Assembly: GCA_965202585.1 (NCBI GenBank)
Contig: OZ241833.1
Location: 31,620,001-31,684,000 of the forward strand
Length of the DNA: 64,000 nucleotides
Reading direction: 5' to 3'
Source: Thalia democratica
Lineage: Eukaryota
Translations under genes and position numbers: made by a program
In this document: positions 24,101 to 34,605 of the stretch, piece after piece
How positions within the stretch are numbered: position 1 is the first letter of the stretch
Layout: every line of letters begins with the position of its first letter
The notes under the pieces: generated by a model
Database searches by the model: none
What the model saw: only the letters and a program-made list of their open reading frames with translations
Told to the model about the DNA's origin: nothing

Positions 24101-26854
24101 TGGTTCTCGAATTCGGACTCTTTTCCTTTTCCTCGTCTGTTGAGTCTGAAGTAATTTTTTTTATTTAATACAAGTAGGTTTCAGTTTTACACAAGCACAA
24201 AGTTTGATTTGCCATGTTGGTTATTTTAAACTTAGGTGTGAGGTACAGTTGTCAATTATCTATGGCTCTTAAATGCATGTGCTGAGTTTAACAAATTATC
24301 AGAACTTGTGTGTCATAAATTAAAGATTTTTCTTTTTTAGTTAAAATTTATTTTATAATAGTTTATAACAGACTAAATAATAATGAATATTAGGCTGTTT
24401 TGAAAGTGATAACATAAAATAGTTTTACTGTATATCGACACTACTATTTCTCAACAAAGATCTATACTACTTAAGATTGCATGCATTTAAATAAAATTCA
24501 TAAAGAAATATCTTTTGTTTAAGTTATCAAATGAAATAGCTGAAACAAAACTCTGCAACAATAAACTTGTATAAAATGTTCTAGGTTTAAAAAAAACAAA
24601 TGATTATGGTAAATTAAATTAAAATGATATTTGCTTTGAGATGAAACTTTTGCTAAATGAATATATTAAACTAAAGATGAATAATGTATAAAAGGGTGAA
24701 AAAGTGAAACAAAACTAATCAAAACTTGTTTTAAGAAAATAAACTAACTGAACTTAGAAACAATGAACATGGTTATCACATTCAAGCCAAAACAAAATAA
24801 AGTATATAACATAAACATTTGAAAAAGTTTGTCATAAATGACGCGTATTATAACCATGAGAAATTCCCATTTTAAGTTCATTAAATTAAAAACACACTAA
24901 AATGACTTTTCCCAAATCATTAAAAAACTCAAAGTTTATACAAATCAAGTTCCACTTCTACTAACTTTCAATTATAATTCAAAATAAACTAAGACTACTT
25001 TCTTTAGAACAAAATACTATTTATATATTATTACTGAGAACATGCAAAAAACAGACCCTTTTTGTCATAACTATCTGCTGGAAGCGGCAGAACTATTTTC
25101 AACTTTAACATTCTTCAAAACATTAAAACATATTATTTTTCAAACAATCAGCTAGCTTCAACTTAGCAAAAAAGTAAATAAGCAGGTTTGAATGAAAGAA
25201 GTTTGGATGGAGGAAGTGTGTGGGCAGAGTGATTTTGAAGAAGTTAGTGCGCGGTGCCTCGCTGTTTCCTCTATAAGACAATACATAAAAAATCATCGCT
25301 GCAAGTTTTGAGATATTAAAAATAATACGCATGGAGTTGTAGGCATATGTAGGCTCTAAACCATCTCTGCTTGACTTGCACTACTTTTTGAAATTTTTTT
25401 TGGTTTTAATTTTGGTTTAAAGTTAAGTTCAAGGTGAAAACTGTGTCAAATAGTATAAAAACATTGAAAAGATGCTGTAAAGCTACTTAAAATGTGTTTT
25501 TTTAATAAAAATATTTGATTATGACAAAAATTATGATTACCTTTTCACTTATATGGTAGACTTTTTGTGTCAAATCAAAATTTTCTACTCAACATGTGAA
25601 AATTGTGTAAAATTCCAGTTTTTTTTTTCAAAATTTCTTAAATTCCAGGTTTTTTAGCCTAAATTGTCAAATTCCAGGTTTTTCTGGTTTCGAAGTTTTT
25701 TTGCAACCCTGTAAGCTACAGATCTAGAAACTGTTTTTTCACAAACTTTTCTCAAAGCAAGCAATTATGCAAAGTAATCTGTATAGATTTGTATTTTTTG
25801 CTCAGAAAAACTTGCTAAAACATAATTATTTGTCAAAAAGTATTATTAATCTTGGCTCTAAATATTTCTTACAAACATAAGAACCTAAAATAAAAAAAAA
25901 TATTAATACTAGTTGTATCATTTAAACTGAAGTATTTTTCTTGACACTTTTTTTAATACTAAAACAATCACACTAGATTATTCAATATTACAAACAAGTA
26001 CGTGTGGAATTGATTTTTTCTACCTTTCTCTAAGTTTTTATATTCTGTTAACAAATGATGTCTTTTTATCTATAGTAGCCTATATTTGATAATCTGGTGT
26101 CAATAATGCTTTCTTTGTAGTAATATGCAGATTTAAAATGAAACAATAACCAATAAATTACAAAAGTATATTTAAATTAGCTATTACAAAAACTTTGTGT
26201 ATAAGTTTATTGAAACTTTAATATATTCAGTCAAACTATGCGTATTTAACAATTGAAAGCAATTTTATTAAAGTAGTTTCTCTTCAAACTCTAATAATCA
26301 AATAAAAGTTTAATTTTATAAGTTATTTTCTATTAATAGTAAAATTTAATAAAAACTTTTTACATATAACTTGAAAATAATGTATTTACATAAAATAATA
26401 TTTTAAAATTGTTTTCTAGGAGAACGTCTTTAGGAAGTAATAACTATTCATAGGTAGTGTCTTTGTCCAAACAAAACTTGAACTAACAACTATTGTTAGT
26501 AGGAAACTTTATAAGATGATGTTTACTTTAGAATCTTATTAACACATCACAAAACTAACTGATGATGTATTTTTTTGTTTACACATCCTTTTTAAGAAGT
26601 GCAATATTTTACCTTAAGAAAGGAAAAGCGGAAATCAATGTGTACAAATACTAATTGGTATATAATAAATTTAGTTAGAAAAAAGTTTCTTTTAAAATTG
26701 ACAGAACTGTTTATATTATTATGATATTCATATATCAAAAAAACTGACTGTAGACGTATTTTTTAGTTTTGGCAGCTTCCCTGGCCAGTCTCCTCTTTCG
26801 CTTCAACTTGGAGTTGGTCTTCCGTCCTGAAGCTGAAGTGTTTTTCTGCTTCAT
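70..26854 (-). CDS. AUTS2: AUTS2/FBRSL1/fibrosin (tay bridge)-family nuclear protein; 12 coding exons in window, 3' end beyond left edge
   Basis: All exons join in frame through GT-AG introns. Three AUTS2-family motifs occur in the expected order: EYIVEDFSIICADSFEKLE (cf. AUTS2 EDIIDGFAMTSFVTFEALE), LQLELNSRFL (cf. LRQELNTRFL) and GAFHPKL (cf. GAFQPKL). The N-terminus is basic and His/Gln/Pro-rich low-complexity tracts follow. Family call is from motif recognition, not a database search. Confidence 0.7.
2495..2546 (+). ncRNA. Degenerate minimal hammerhead-like motif
   Basis: AACAA-CTGATGG-T-CTCTTA[10 nt]TAAGAG-T-GAAAC-ATT-GTT^TTGTT. 5-bp stem I, 6-bp stem II, stem III ACA-T-TGT. Deviations are A9G and a T-T pair at 10.1/11.1. 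Confidence 0.45.
2894..3038 (-). CDS. AUTS2: AUTS2-like exon 11 (KQKREKAGMMQPASNQQKAANSSFYDNQQKVANSSFYAPKTAIQPQNS)
   Basis: Open frame and T|GTTAGT donor; phase 0 to 1 fits both neighbours. The acceptor (aaatag) is A-rich, so the 5' boundary is less certain. Confidence 0.7.
3488..3770 (+). repeat. Degenerate ~100-bp tandem repeat, 3 units
   Basis: Recurring AT(G/A)AG(T/A)TTGAAACAAAAACTAA near 3488, 3598 and 3689, each followed by TGTTAGTA. Confidence 0.7.
4040..4310 (+). repeat. Degenerate ~125-bp tandem duplication
   Basis: TCTACAAAAA..CAAA.A.ACTTCTAC occurs near 4131 and 4240, with similar TACATGCA-rich flanks. Confidence 0.5.
6123..6329 (-). CDS. AUTS2: AUTS2-like exon 10 (IPHQNSPFTQGASPYFGAFHPKL...LHFPPP)
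   Basis: tcacag acceptor, GTGAGT donor, 207 nt, phase 0-0. Not in the ORF track because it has no start codon; translated by hand. Confidence 0.88.
6677..6807 (-). CDS. AUTS2: AUTS2-like exon 9 (EQHHQSMLQLELNSRFLREQQQ...LLPTPPS)
   Basis: ccacag acceptor, GTCAGT donor, 131 nt, phase 1 to 0; contains the ELNxRFL motif. Confidence 0.88.
11814..11987 (-). CDS. AUTS2: AUTS2-like exon 8 (AMTGLPGHHAGMASGSQLHNLSA...NPHHQSLL)
   Basis: tctcacag acceptor, G|GTGAGT donor, 174 nt, phase 1-1. Confidence 0.88.
14611..14860. repeat. Degenerate ~100-bp tandem array echoing the 3' end of AUTS2-like exon 7
   Basis: 14611-14655 shares CAAACAAACCCCT and CTCCTGTGAAG.TCGTG with 15057-15099. Weaker copies near 14712 and 14813. 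Confidence 0.75.
15066..15266 (-). CDS. AUTS2: AUTS2-like exon 7 (LTKQPVANQQQAAG...HQLAARQHELHRRNHAR)
   Basis: ttccag acceptor, G|GTTTGT donor, 201 nt, phase 1-1. Confidence 0.85.
17870..18092 (-). CDS. AUTS2: AUTS2-like exon 6 (VKPLTSVAKTTKSQSGDQFFVPAPRDHRLKPQHY...NMIQ)
   Basis: caaag acceptor, C|GTTAGT donor, 223 nt, phase 0 to 1. Confidence 0.85.
20969..21007 (-). CDS. AUTS2: AUTS2-like micro-exon 5 (TSS, or TSSVSTRSACGYE) with two alternative donors
   Basis: Strong polypyrimidine acceptor ttcttttttttcttcag. GTGAGT donors after 9 nt (exon end 20999) and after 39 nt (exon end 20969); both are phase 0. Confidence 0.7.
22186..22329 (-). CDS. AUTS2: AUTS2-like exon 4 (VTRTVFDMSSYDEGEVSD...PLEESC)
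   Basis: cccag acceptor, GTTAGT donor, 144 nt, phase 0-0; matches ORF-track entry 22141..22329. Confidence 0.85.
22461..22658 (-). CDS. AUTS2: AUTS2-like exon 3 (NAIEPKRAP...EYIVEDFSIICADSFEKLEDPQ)
   Basis: cacag acceptor, GTAATT donor, 198 nt, phase 0-0; contains the AUTS2 N-terminal conserved motif. Confidence 0.9.
23991..24145 (-). CDS. AUTS2: AUTS2-like exon 2 (STDEEKEKSPNSRTNRKRRKK...EEQQEK)
   Basis: ttcag acceptor, GTATGT donor, 155 nt, phase 1 to 0, open frame. Confidence 0.85.
25609..25711. mobile_element. Solo hAT-like terminus with subterminal repeats
   Basis: Ends in TTGCAACCCTG, preceded by three AATTCCAG(G/T)T repeats at a ~30-bp period. The partner end was not found. Confidence 0.4.
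26749..26854 (-). CDS. AUTS2: AUTS2-like coding exon 1 (MKQKNTSASGRKTNSKLKRKRRLAREAAKTKKYVY)
   Basis: ATG at 26854 with an in-frame TAA upstream. Acceptor tgacag 20 nt before the ATG; donor A|GTCAGT (phase 1) matches the next exon. Confidence 0.75.
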
Positions 26855-27553
26855 TACTTGTTATCTATATATAACTGTCAAAAAATTTAATTTGTAGTCG
26901 TTTATAAACAGTGATGTTTGTTTTCAATTTTTAGAGTGAGACGAGGACTTTAACTCCTTAAATTGACATTTTAATAAGTGAAAGATTGACAAAATTTAGA
27001 GTATGCTAGAAATCTAGTTAAAAAAAAACTAATAAAAATTATACTATATAGCTTGAAAAATTTCAGTAAAAGATTTAATTTAAACAGAAAAAGTTTAAGA
27101 TATTTTTAAGCACAATTAAAAAATAATTTAAATAAGGCATTGTGTTTTTAACTCAATATAGTTAAGTAAAAACTTTTAAAATGAGTTTTGAAGTTAACTA
27201 ATTGTTAAAAAATGGTAAAGTTGACAAACATTTTAAAATAAAACTTCAAAAAAACGTATATTGTTTTCTTTGCACTTATTAAATCTATAATAAACTCTTT
27301 TCATGATCTATAAGATATTCCTTAGGTAAAAAAAAAGTATATACACATTTAAAAAAAAGACAGAGAAAAATTCAAAATATTAAAATATTAAAGAATTAAC
27401 AAAAACAAGTGATAACTAGGTTCATTATTCTGCTTAACAAATGACAAATTTTAAAGCATTCAAATATTATTGTTAGCTTTAATCTAGATCAAATTAATGT
27501 AAAACTCAGCCCTTTAAAATTACCAATAATCAACAATAGACAAGCGCAATGAT

Positions 27554-27559
27554 TTTATT
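27554..27559 (-). terminator. Polyadenylation signal AATAAA for VPS36
   Basis: AATAAA on the minus strand about 30 nt after the VPS36 stop. The AT-rich background makes chance matches common. Confidence 0.5.
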
Positions 27560-27589
27560 TTAATGTATTTGGTTCTCTATTGTTATTTC

Positions 27590-28747
27590 CTATACTTTAC
27601 TCAACAGCAAGTTAGGGTAAAACCTCAGTCCTTCACTGCTGTCGTCCCTGCAAATATTTCCCCTTTTCTCAGTCAGCAGCAAGTGCTCTTTTGCCAGCAA
27701 AACCGAAATCTTCAGCATGTCTGCCAGTTGCTGCGCTGACAAGCTCTCATTGGTTGTCACTTTCTCTGACGTCATTTTGATTATGACGTCATCACTGTGC
27801 TGGCTGGACTGCAGCACAAGAACCCCGCTCTCAAACTCTCGAAGGGACAGGGATAATTTTGCGGGTCCCATGACTTTGCAGGACTGGAGAAGGTCGTCAG
27901 GGGAGAGCAGCTCAGTGCCCCTGGCCCTGTTGACCCTGACGTAAGCGTCACTTAGCAACATCATTCCTTCCTTAGTGACTATTTCCCCCAGCAACCTGCA
28001 AACCTCCTTGGCAACCTGGGTATGAAAGTGGACACTGTCACCGTGTGTTTCCTTGGTAACAGGGTTGGCAATGCCCAGGCTCAACAAGTGGGACTTGAAC
28101 TTAACCGTCTCATCATCCGTGATGTCTCCGTTCTTTTCCTTGATCTTTTTTGCTATGGCGTTGCTGAGGTCCACCATCTCCTTCGCCTTGCCCATCAGGT
28201 TTTTAAGGTCCTGGAAGGCGTCAGAGATGTCAGATTCATTCTTCCTGTTCTTCGCCTCGATCTTGTTCCTGATGCCTGAAATACCTGACATCCTGATGTT
28301 CAGGGATTCCAAAGGCTGGTTCAGGTTTTGTGGGGACTTTTGGCATTTGGAGACCCACTGCTGTTTCTCAACAGCCTTGTTCAACTGCAAGTAAAACTCG
28401 TTGTCTCCATGATTTTTAAAGCCCATTTTTATTGAATTATGGCTGCTCCTGGAGTAAGGCCCCGGCTTTTTATTGGGTTTCACCTCCATGAGCTGACATG
28501 ACACTTTTGCCGACCTGGCCAAGCCGCCAGGATGCCGCTCCGTGTTGATGACGTAAGAAAGGTGGAGTGACATCTTAACGCTGCTGTTTGAAATGTCGTG
28601 CCAGGCTAGCCTGTGAGTGGTGAGGGTCACAACTCCGTTCTGGTATGAAGTTTTGTCATTGCCGTCGTACAAGCGGATGTTCGTTGCTTGGTGGACTTTC
28701 TCCTCGCCAACTTCATAGCTCCCTGACCACCACTCGAATCGGTCCAT
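27590..28747 (-). CDS. VPS36: Vacuolar protein sorting 36 (ESCRT-II subunit, GLUE domain), intronless, 385 aa
   Basis: Complete ORF MDRFEWWSGSYE...LRFYPNLLLSKV. Recognisable VPS36 segments include RLYDGNDK, TTHRLAW, ISDAFQDLKNLM, FKSHLLSLGIANPVTKET, VNRARGTELLSPDDL and CRDDSSEGLRFYPN. Confidence 0.97.
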   Translation of the reverse strand: MDRFEWWSGSYEVGEEKVHQATNIRLYDGNDKTSYQNGVVTLTTHRLAWHDISNSSVKMSLHLSYVINTERHPGGLARSAKVSCQLMEVKPNKKPGPYSRSSHNSIKMGFKNHGDNEFYLQLNKAVEKQQWVSKCQKSPQNLNQPLESLNIRMSGISGIRNKIEAKNRKNESDISDAFQDLKNLMGKAKEMVDLSNAIAKKIKEKNGDITDDETVKFKSHLLSLGIANPVTKETHGDSVHFHTQVAKEVCRLLGEIVTKEGMMLLSDAYVRVNRARGTELLSPDDLLQSCKVMGPAKLSLSLREFESGVLVLQSSQHSDDVIIKMTSEKVTTNESLSAQQLADMLKISVLLAKEHLLLTEKRGNICRDDSSEGLRFYPNLLLSKV

Positions 28748-28770
28748 TTTTTAGTAAAGTTTTAAAAATT

Positions 28771-28785
28771 CTGCAAAAGATAAAA
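28771..28785 (-). other. 3' splice acceptor (cis or trans) 23 nt upstream of the VPS36 ATG
   Basis: Minus strand reads tttttatcttttgcag|aatttttaaaactttactaaaaaATG. Confidence 0.6.
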
Positions 28786-31700
28786 ACTAAAATATCATCT
28801 GTTGAACAGTTGATAGTAATGTTTAACATTTCCTTGTATATTTATTATAGTTGATGTATTGTGGGAAATAATAAAATTAAACAACCTGAATATATTTTTA
28901 CTGAAAAGTATTTTAAATTATTATTTTAGTTAAAACTTTGAAATAGTAAGTTAAAAACGGAGAAATCTAACTTTAAAACAGCTTTGGGATAAAAAAAATT
29001 ACTCAGTTCAAAAATAAACTAATGCTTTTTTTTTGTAGTTTTAAAACTATTGGTTTGATTTTATAGCTTATCAAAATGATAACACTCAACTGTATTTATG
29101 ACATATAGTATTACTAAAGTATCAGTTTAATAACTTTTATAAACAAAGCCCTAACTCAATATTTGCCATTTAAACCTGTGTAAATAAAAACCAATGTGTA
29201 TTTGTACAACAAAAACTTAAATTAAATTTTTTTAAACTAAATAAAAATTAAAAGCAAAGTTTATTAAAAGTAAACACTTTAATTGAGTTTTCAAAACAAA
29301 AAGAATTATCTATAATTATTAAACATTAATAAAATTACACAGTTAAAGCTGTAAAATTTAAATATTTATTATTTGTATTAAAAATAAAGTTTAAGGTAGT
29401 GCTTTTAATGTTTTAGCTTAATAATAATTGCAGAGTAAATTTTACAGCAAACTTGATCAACCTTGGGACTTTGAACTATTTTTAAACATTTTTGTTTTTA
29501 CAAGCTAAATTTTTAAACAACTTCATCAACATAGATTTTACAAAAGTCTAAATAGAAGCTACATAACTTTAACATGAACTTTGTAGTTTAAAAACAAAAC
29601 ATCAAAAAATAAGTTTGATCTTAAAAAGGAATTTGAACTTTTAAGCTGAAACATTTAAATATATATTTAAAATATCAAAAATATAATATTTACCAGTATA
29701 AAGGACAAGTTCTTTTTAACAAATAAAAACTATCCAGAACTAATTTTATTACTTTAACTTAACGTACTATAACTTTTTGAAGTTATTTTCTGTAAGTCAC
29801 TTCCTCTACAAATTATAACAATTTTTAAATTTTACTGTGAATAAACAAAGGTTTAAAATGATAAAAATATGATGAATTTCTCTAAACTAAATTTAAAATG
29901 CTTTAAATACTATCTGTAAAAAATAATATGAAACAGTTTAAAAAAGTATTATAATATAATTCTATTATACAGTAATCAAAATAAACTATATAAATTGTCT
30001 ATATCAGAAAACTAATTGTGCAATTTAAAAATGCTAACTCATAACAATCTAATTTAGATTTTAAGTATTTTTTAAAGATTAAATGTTCTTGTTTAAAAGA
30101 CAGTTTTAAAAAGTTCTAATTAAGTTTGCTTTGTTCATACAGAGTATTAAAAGCATGTAAAACTTACAAATTAAATTTAAATATTAAACATTAATAAACA
30201 ATCTTAAAGCATTTGAAATCAATATAACAAAAATCATTTATTAGTATCCTTTTAGACCTTGCATCAAGCTAAAAAAAATTTAATTCAACAGAAATCTTCG
30301 TAAATTATATAAAAGTTAAAACTCAATTGTTTATAGTAGAAGCAACAACTTTTGTTTGACTTAAAAGTCGAATACACATAAAATATACATGTCTCGAAAC
30401 ATCAAACGAAGTCAAATTTGTCAGTTTATACCACAACAACTAATCTTAAACATAATACTTAACACATATCAAAACGCAGTGCTAATCGTAAAACAGTAAA
30501 ACTAAACCAGTTTTATTGTTTATTTTAAAACTTTAATCTAAATATACAATAGTGTAACATAAGACTTAATACAGCTTTATTCAATAAAAAAAAATTATAA
30601 ACGATAAGCTTAGTATAACTGTATAATACAAACTTTCGATACTAACCCACTTAAGACTAGATTTTCAAACAAAGCACTGCATTAAAAAGCAAAACAGCAG
30701 TGTTTTTTTTCTAATACACAAAACAGCAAGCCCGCCTAAGAACTGGTTCGCACACAAAGGCAGTTGTGTGCAAAAGTTGACAGGAAAATTGTATTATATT
30801 GCAATTTCCTGCCATTGTTGCGCTAAGCAGCAAGCGAATTAACAAGTAAGCTGCACAAGAAAATCACAAGTCACATGCTGCAAAGTTTAATGTGTAATGA
30901 AACTGTTTTTTTTTAATAAGATGATTGTATTAGTTATGAGCCGAAATACACTTAAAATTAAAACTAACTGATTATGAGTGAACAGTTATCTGTGAACAAA
31001 TTGTTCATAATTTGAAATTTTTAATGATTTTTACATTTAACATTTAATTTTTCAAAGCTAACATGTCTTCTTTTATTTAGACTGCGAACATATGACTTTA
31101 TAAATTAAAAAATACTTATACTTTTTTTTTTTTTTTTAAGTTAAATAAGTTTTACTGGACAAAGCTCCTGAAATGTTTAGGATTAAAATTGTAAAGTAAA
31201 TTAAATAAACGTTCAAAACTAAAATAGTAAAAAATAGTAAGACAAAACTATACCGGTTATTAGTTAAGATTTAAAAAACCTAAAAATAATATAACTGAAT
31301 TTTAAATAGTTAAAACACGATCACAAAACTGTAAAATACAAAAATATTATTATATATTAATAGAGATAGATTAAGCTTGATCTAGCTTATAAAACACACA
31401 GCACAGATTACTCAAGAAATTAGTTTTAAATTAAACACACGATTTGTAAAAACATTCAAACTTAAGTTTTAAAAACTTCTTTGTATCAAAAAAAATTATT
31501 CATCTGCTTCGAAGAGAATACTAGTTTTACTTTTGTACACAATGAAAGAAGATGAGTGCTACAAAAACTTCAGATAACAAATGTAAAACATTTGTACATA
31601 ATATTTATTGTATCAAGTTTTAAAACTTTAAAATGGTGTATTAATTGATTTATTAGTTTTATTTTACTAAATTAAAAAATAAATTTTATAGTTTTAAATA

Positions 31701-32857
31701 AAAATTCCTCTTTCATATTGTAAACTTTAACTATAAAAATATTGTTATTGTAAAACTTGGATAAACTTCAATCAAGAATAAAATAAATTAAAAAACATTA
31801 AAAGATCTACAGTTTATATAAAAGTTGATGTTTATAAAATGTATGAATATTACTAAATGTGGTTAAAAGTTTTATATATTTTATACTTTTTAATATCAAA
31901 CTTTAAAGACTTTTTCAACTTTTTCATGTTTTCAAAACATTTCAAATTTATGAGAACAATTAAATTTTAGATGAATACAAAAATTGAAAAATACCTGCTA
32001 GTAACAAAATTTTATGTATAAAAAAATTGTGTTCAAAACCCAACCAAACCTTTAAAGTAATTTTTATTGGTAATATTCATACATAGATACTAATAAAATA
32101 TACAAAAACAAATCACCAAGGTACCAACTCTATAGATTTGTAAATATAGACTATAAAACTTAAAATAACTTTAGTGTAAATACAGCAACCTTGTATTTAG
32201 AAATATATGTATAATTACTTTAAAGTAGCTTTAAGCTAAATTAATTAAATTTACTTACAGTAATATTTTTAGACAATTTCCTAAAAAACTATCATATATA
32301 GCCACTGCTGTATAATGAGAGTAAAGTTAAAGACATATTTAAAAATTTGTCTAAATATAAGCTTAAATTTATTTTCTTTGCACAAGCTATTTTATTATTA
32401 AGTATATTAAGTAATTGTCATTTAATCTATAAATACAATTATATGATCATTTTTCAAAAATTGTCAAAAAAATTTCCTGACAATAACTTTTGTTTCAGTG
32501 GTAACTATTTCTAAAGAATTAAAAATGTTCAGTAACATAAATTTTACTATAAGACTACAAATTAAACAGAGAATTTAAAAAAAATTGTGTTTTTTTTATT
32601 CCTGTTTTTAGTTTACGTTGAGTAAAAGAACCTAAGTATAAAGTTTAACAAAAAGGAACAATTAATAAGTAGAAGATTTATAGTATGAGGTTACTACCCA
32701 GTATAGATATAGGGAATATAAAGGTCATTTAAGGAATAAAAATTTGACAGACTAAAAAAAAATTTTTAAATATGCAATCTTTGTGATTTACCTAGTAATT
32801 TTGTTACTTACACAAAAACATTAGAGATTACTAAAACTTAGTATAAAAAAAATATTA

Positions 32858-33362
32858 TAGGGTGCTTATTTTTTAGCTACTATTGAATTTCTGATTGGAA
32901 AAACTAATGCTTTTGAAATATCATAAAAACACCCTGTGCAAAGTTTTAGATGATTTGCAGAAACTTTCACCTTGGCACCAACCAATTTTCTAAAAACCAC
33001 CCCAATGCAAAATGTAAGGGATCCAAAAAATGCAACCTTGGAGTTTTAAGCTGGAATTTTTTTTTACATAAGGTCATTTATCACACAAACACATTATGAA
33101 CAATTTAAAGCAATTTAAAGAAAGTCTTATGGTGGTATTTCTTGTTTTTTGAAAAAAGGAAGTTTGAGAAAACTTACAAAAAGTAATAAAAATTACATAA
33201 AAACAAAAAATGCCACCATAAAACTTTTTTTAAATCGTTTTAAATATTGTTCACAATGTGCTTGTGTTATAATTATTATAAACTATTAACAAGTTTTATA
33301 CAACGTTTTATAAATAAAACTTAGTTTTATTTGTGTGAAAAAATATTTCTAAATAACACCTA
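32858..33362. mobile_element. Possible old MITE with an internal degenerate inverted repeat
   Basis: Loosely complementary ends TAGGGTGCTTATTT and AAATAACACCTA. Internal ~60-bp inverted arms at 33078-33137 and 33211-33272. Confidence 0.35.
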
Positions 33363-33941
33363 TAAAAAATATTTTCAATAATTCAATTAGTTACAGGTAC
33401 CAATTGTAGGTAAACAAAAGATAATTTTAAATGTAAATCATCTAAATTCGAATTATGTACTAAGACATGTGCTCAGTATTATTACATAAGTATAAACTAA
33501 TGTCGGAAATTAAGACCACTTTGAAAAAAGAAGTATGTATTTAATTAGTAAAATAATTTGTCAAAGAAAAAAAAAAGGCTACTTTTAGATTACAAAATGG
33601 CATAAAATTAGATAAAAAAATTAAAATTAGTTTAAATTTAAATCAGATCATAAGATACTGTGAAAAGAGTTATTAAAAGTTGAATATGTACTAAGACCAT
33701 AGGTATAACTTTTTTACAACTTAATCTTATTTTGTAGAGTTTTAACTATGTTTAATGTTGCATTTACAGCTTTTTAAGGTTCAAATTAATCTTTAAATAT
33801 AGCCATCTTAAGTCAGAGAGTACAATAAGTTCCTTATGAAAGGAGAAAACTAAAATGGTAATCAAATAAAAACAACTAATAATACATCATCTTCTACATT
33901 TTCTGAGATAAATACCTAAATCTTTTTTTGAAATGTTCTTT

Positions 33942-34605
33942 TAAGGTTGCCACTTTTTGAGTCAAAATAACTGTCCTAAGTGATCATAAACTGTCCTGAG
34001 TCACCTTAACGTAAACAGAGTCATCCTGAGTTTTTTAAATCTTTAAAAATAGATTTTTTAAAAGGTGCAAACACAATAACATTTCTAAGATTAGTGAAGA
34101 GCTAGCTGCAGGGAAAAAAAAAAGCATTTCAAAATCTATAAAAATATTGAACAACATTATTGGTTGTATAAGATAACAAAATACTGAAACAGAATTTAAA
34201 AAAATTGTCCTGAGATTTAAAAAAGAATCTTAAAACTATCCTGAGTGCTTTATAAAATATAAACAAAATATCCTGAGTCAACCTTGGTTTAAAATATAAA
34301 TTCATAATATTCTGAGTTATCCTGATTCATTCTAAGATTTTTTTAAATATCAAAATACCCTAGAATCTAAAATTTGAACAAAATTGGTTGTATAAAATAA
34401 CAAAATATTGAAGTAGAATAAAACAATTTTGTCTTGATTTTTTTTAAATCTTAAAAATGTTTTATAAAGTATTTTATAAAATAAATACAAAAATATTCTG
34501 AGTAAGCCTGAGTTTAAAGTATATTTTTGTAATACTCTGAGTTAATAAGATTTATTTAAAAAATATCAAAATATTCTAAGTTGTCCTGAAAATGTGGCAA
34601 CCCTG
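33942..34605. mobile_element. Degenerate hAT-like MITE
   Basis: Termini TAAGGTTGCCAC and GTGGCAACCCTG match a CAGGGTTGCCAC-type TIR (10/12 on the left). Many internal TCCTGAG repeats. No clean 8-bp TSD. Confidence 0.55.

Noticed and set aside
27717-28854. Several plus-strand ORFs overlapping VPS36
   Set aside because: Antisense shadows of a GC-rich coding sequence.
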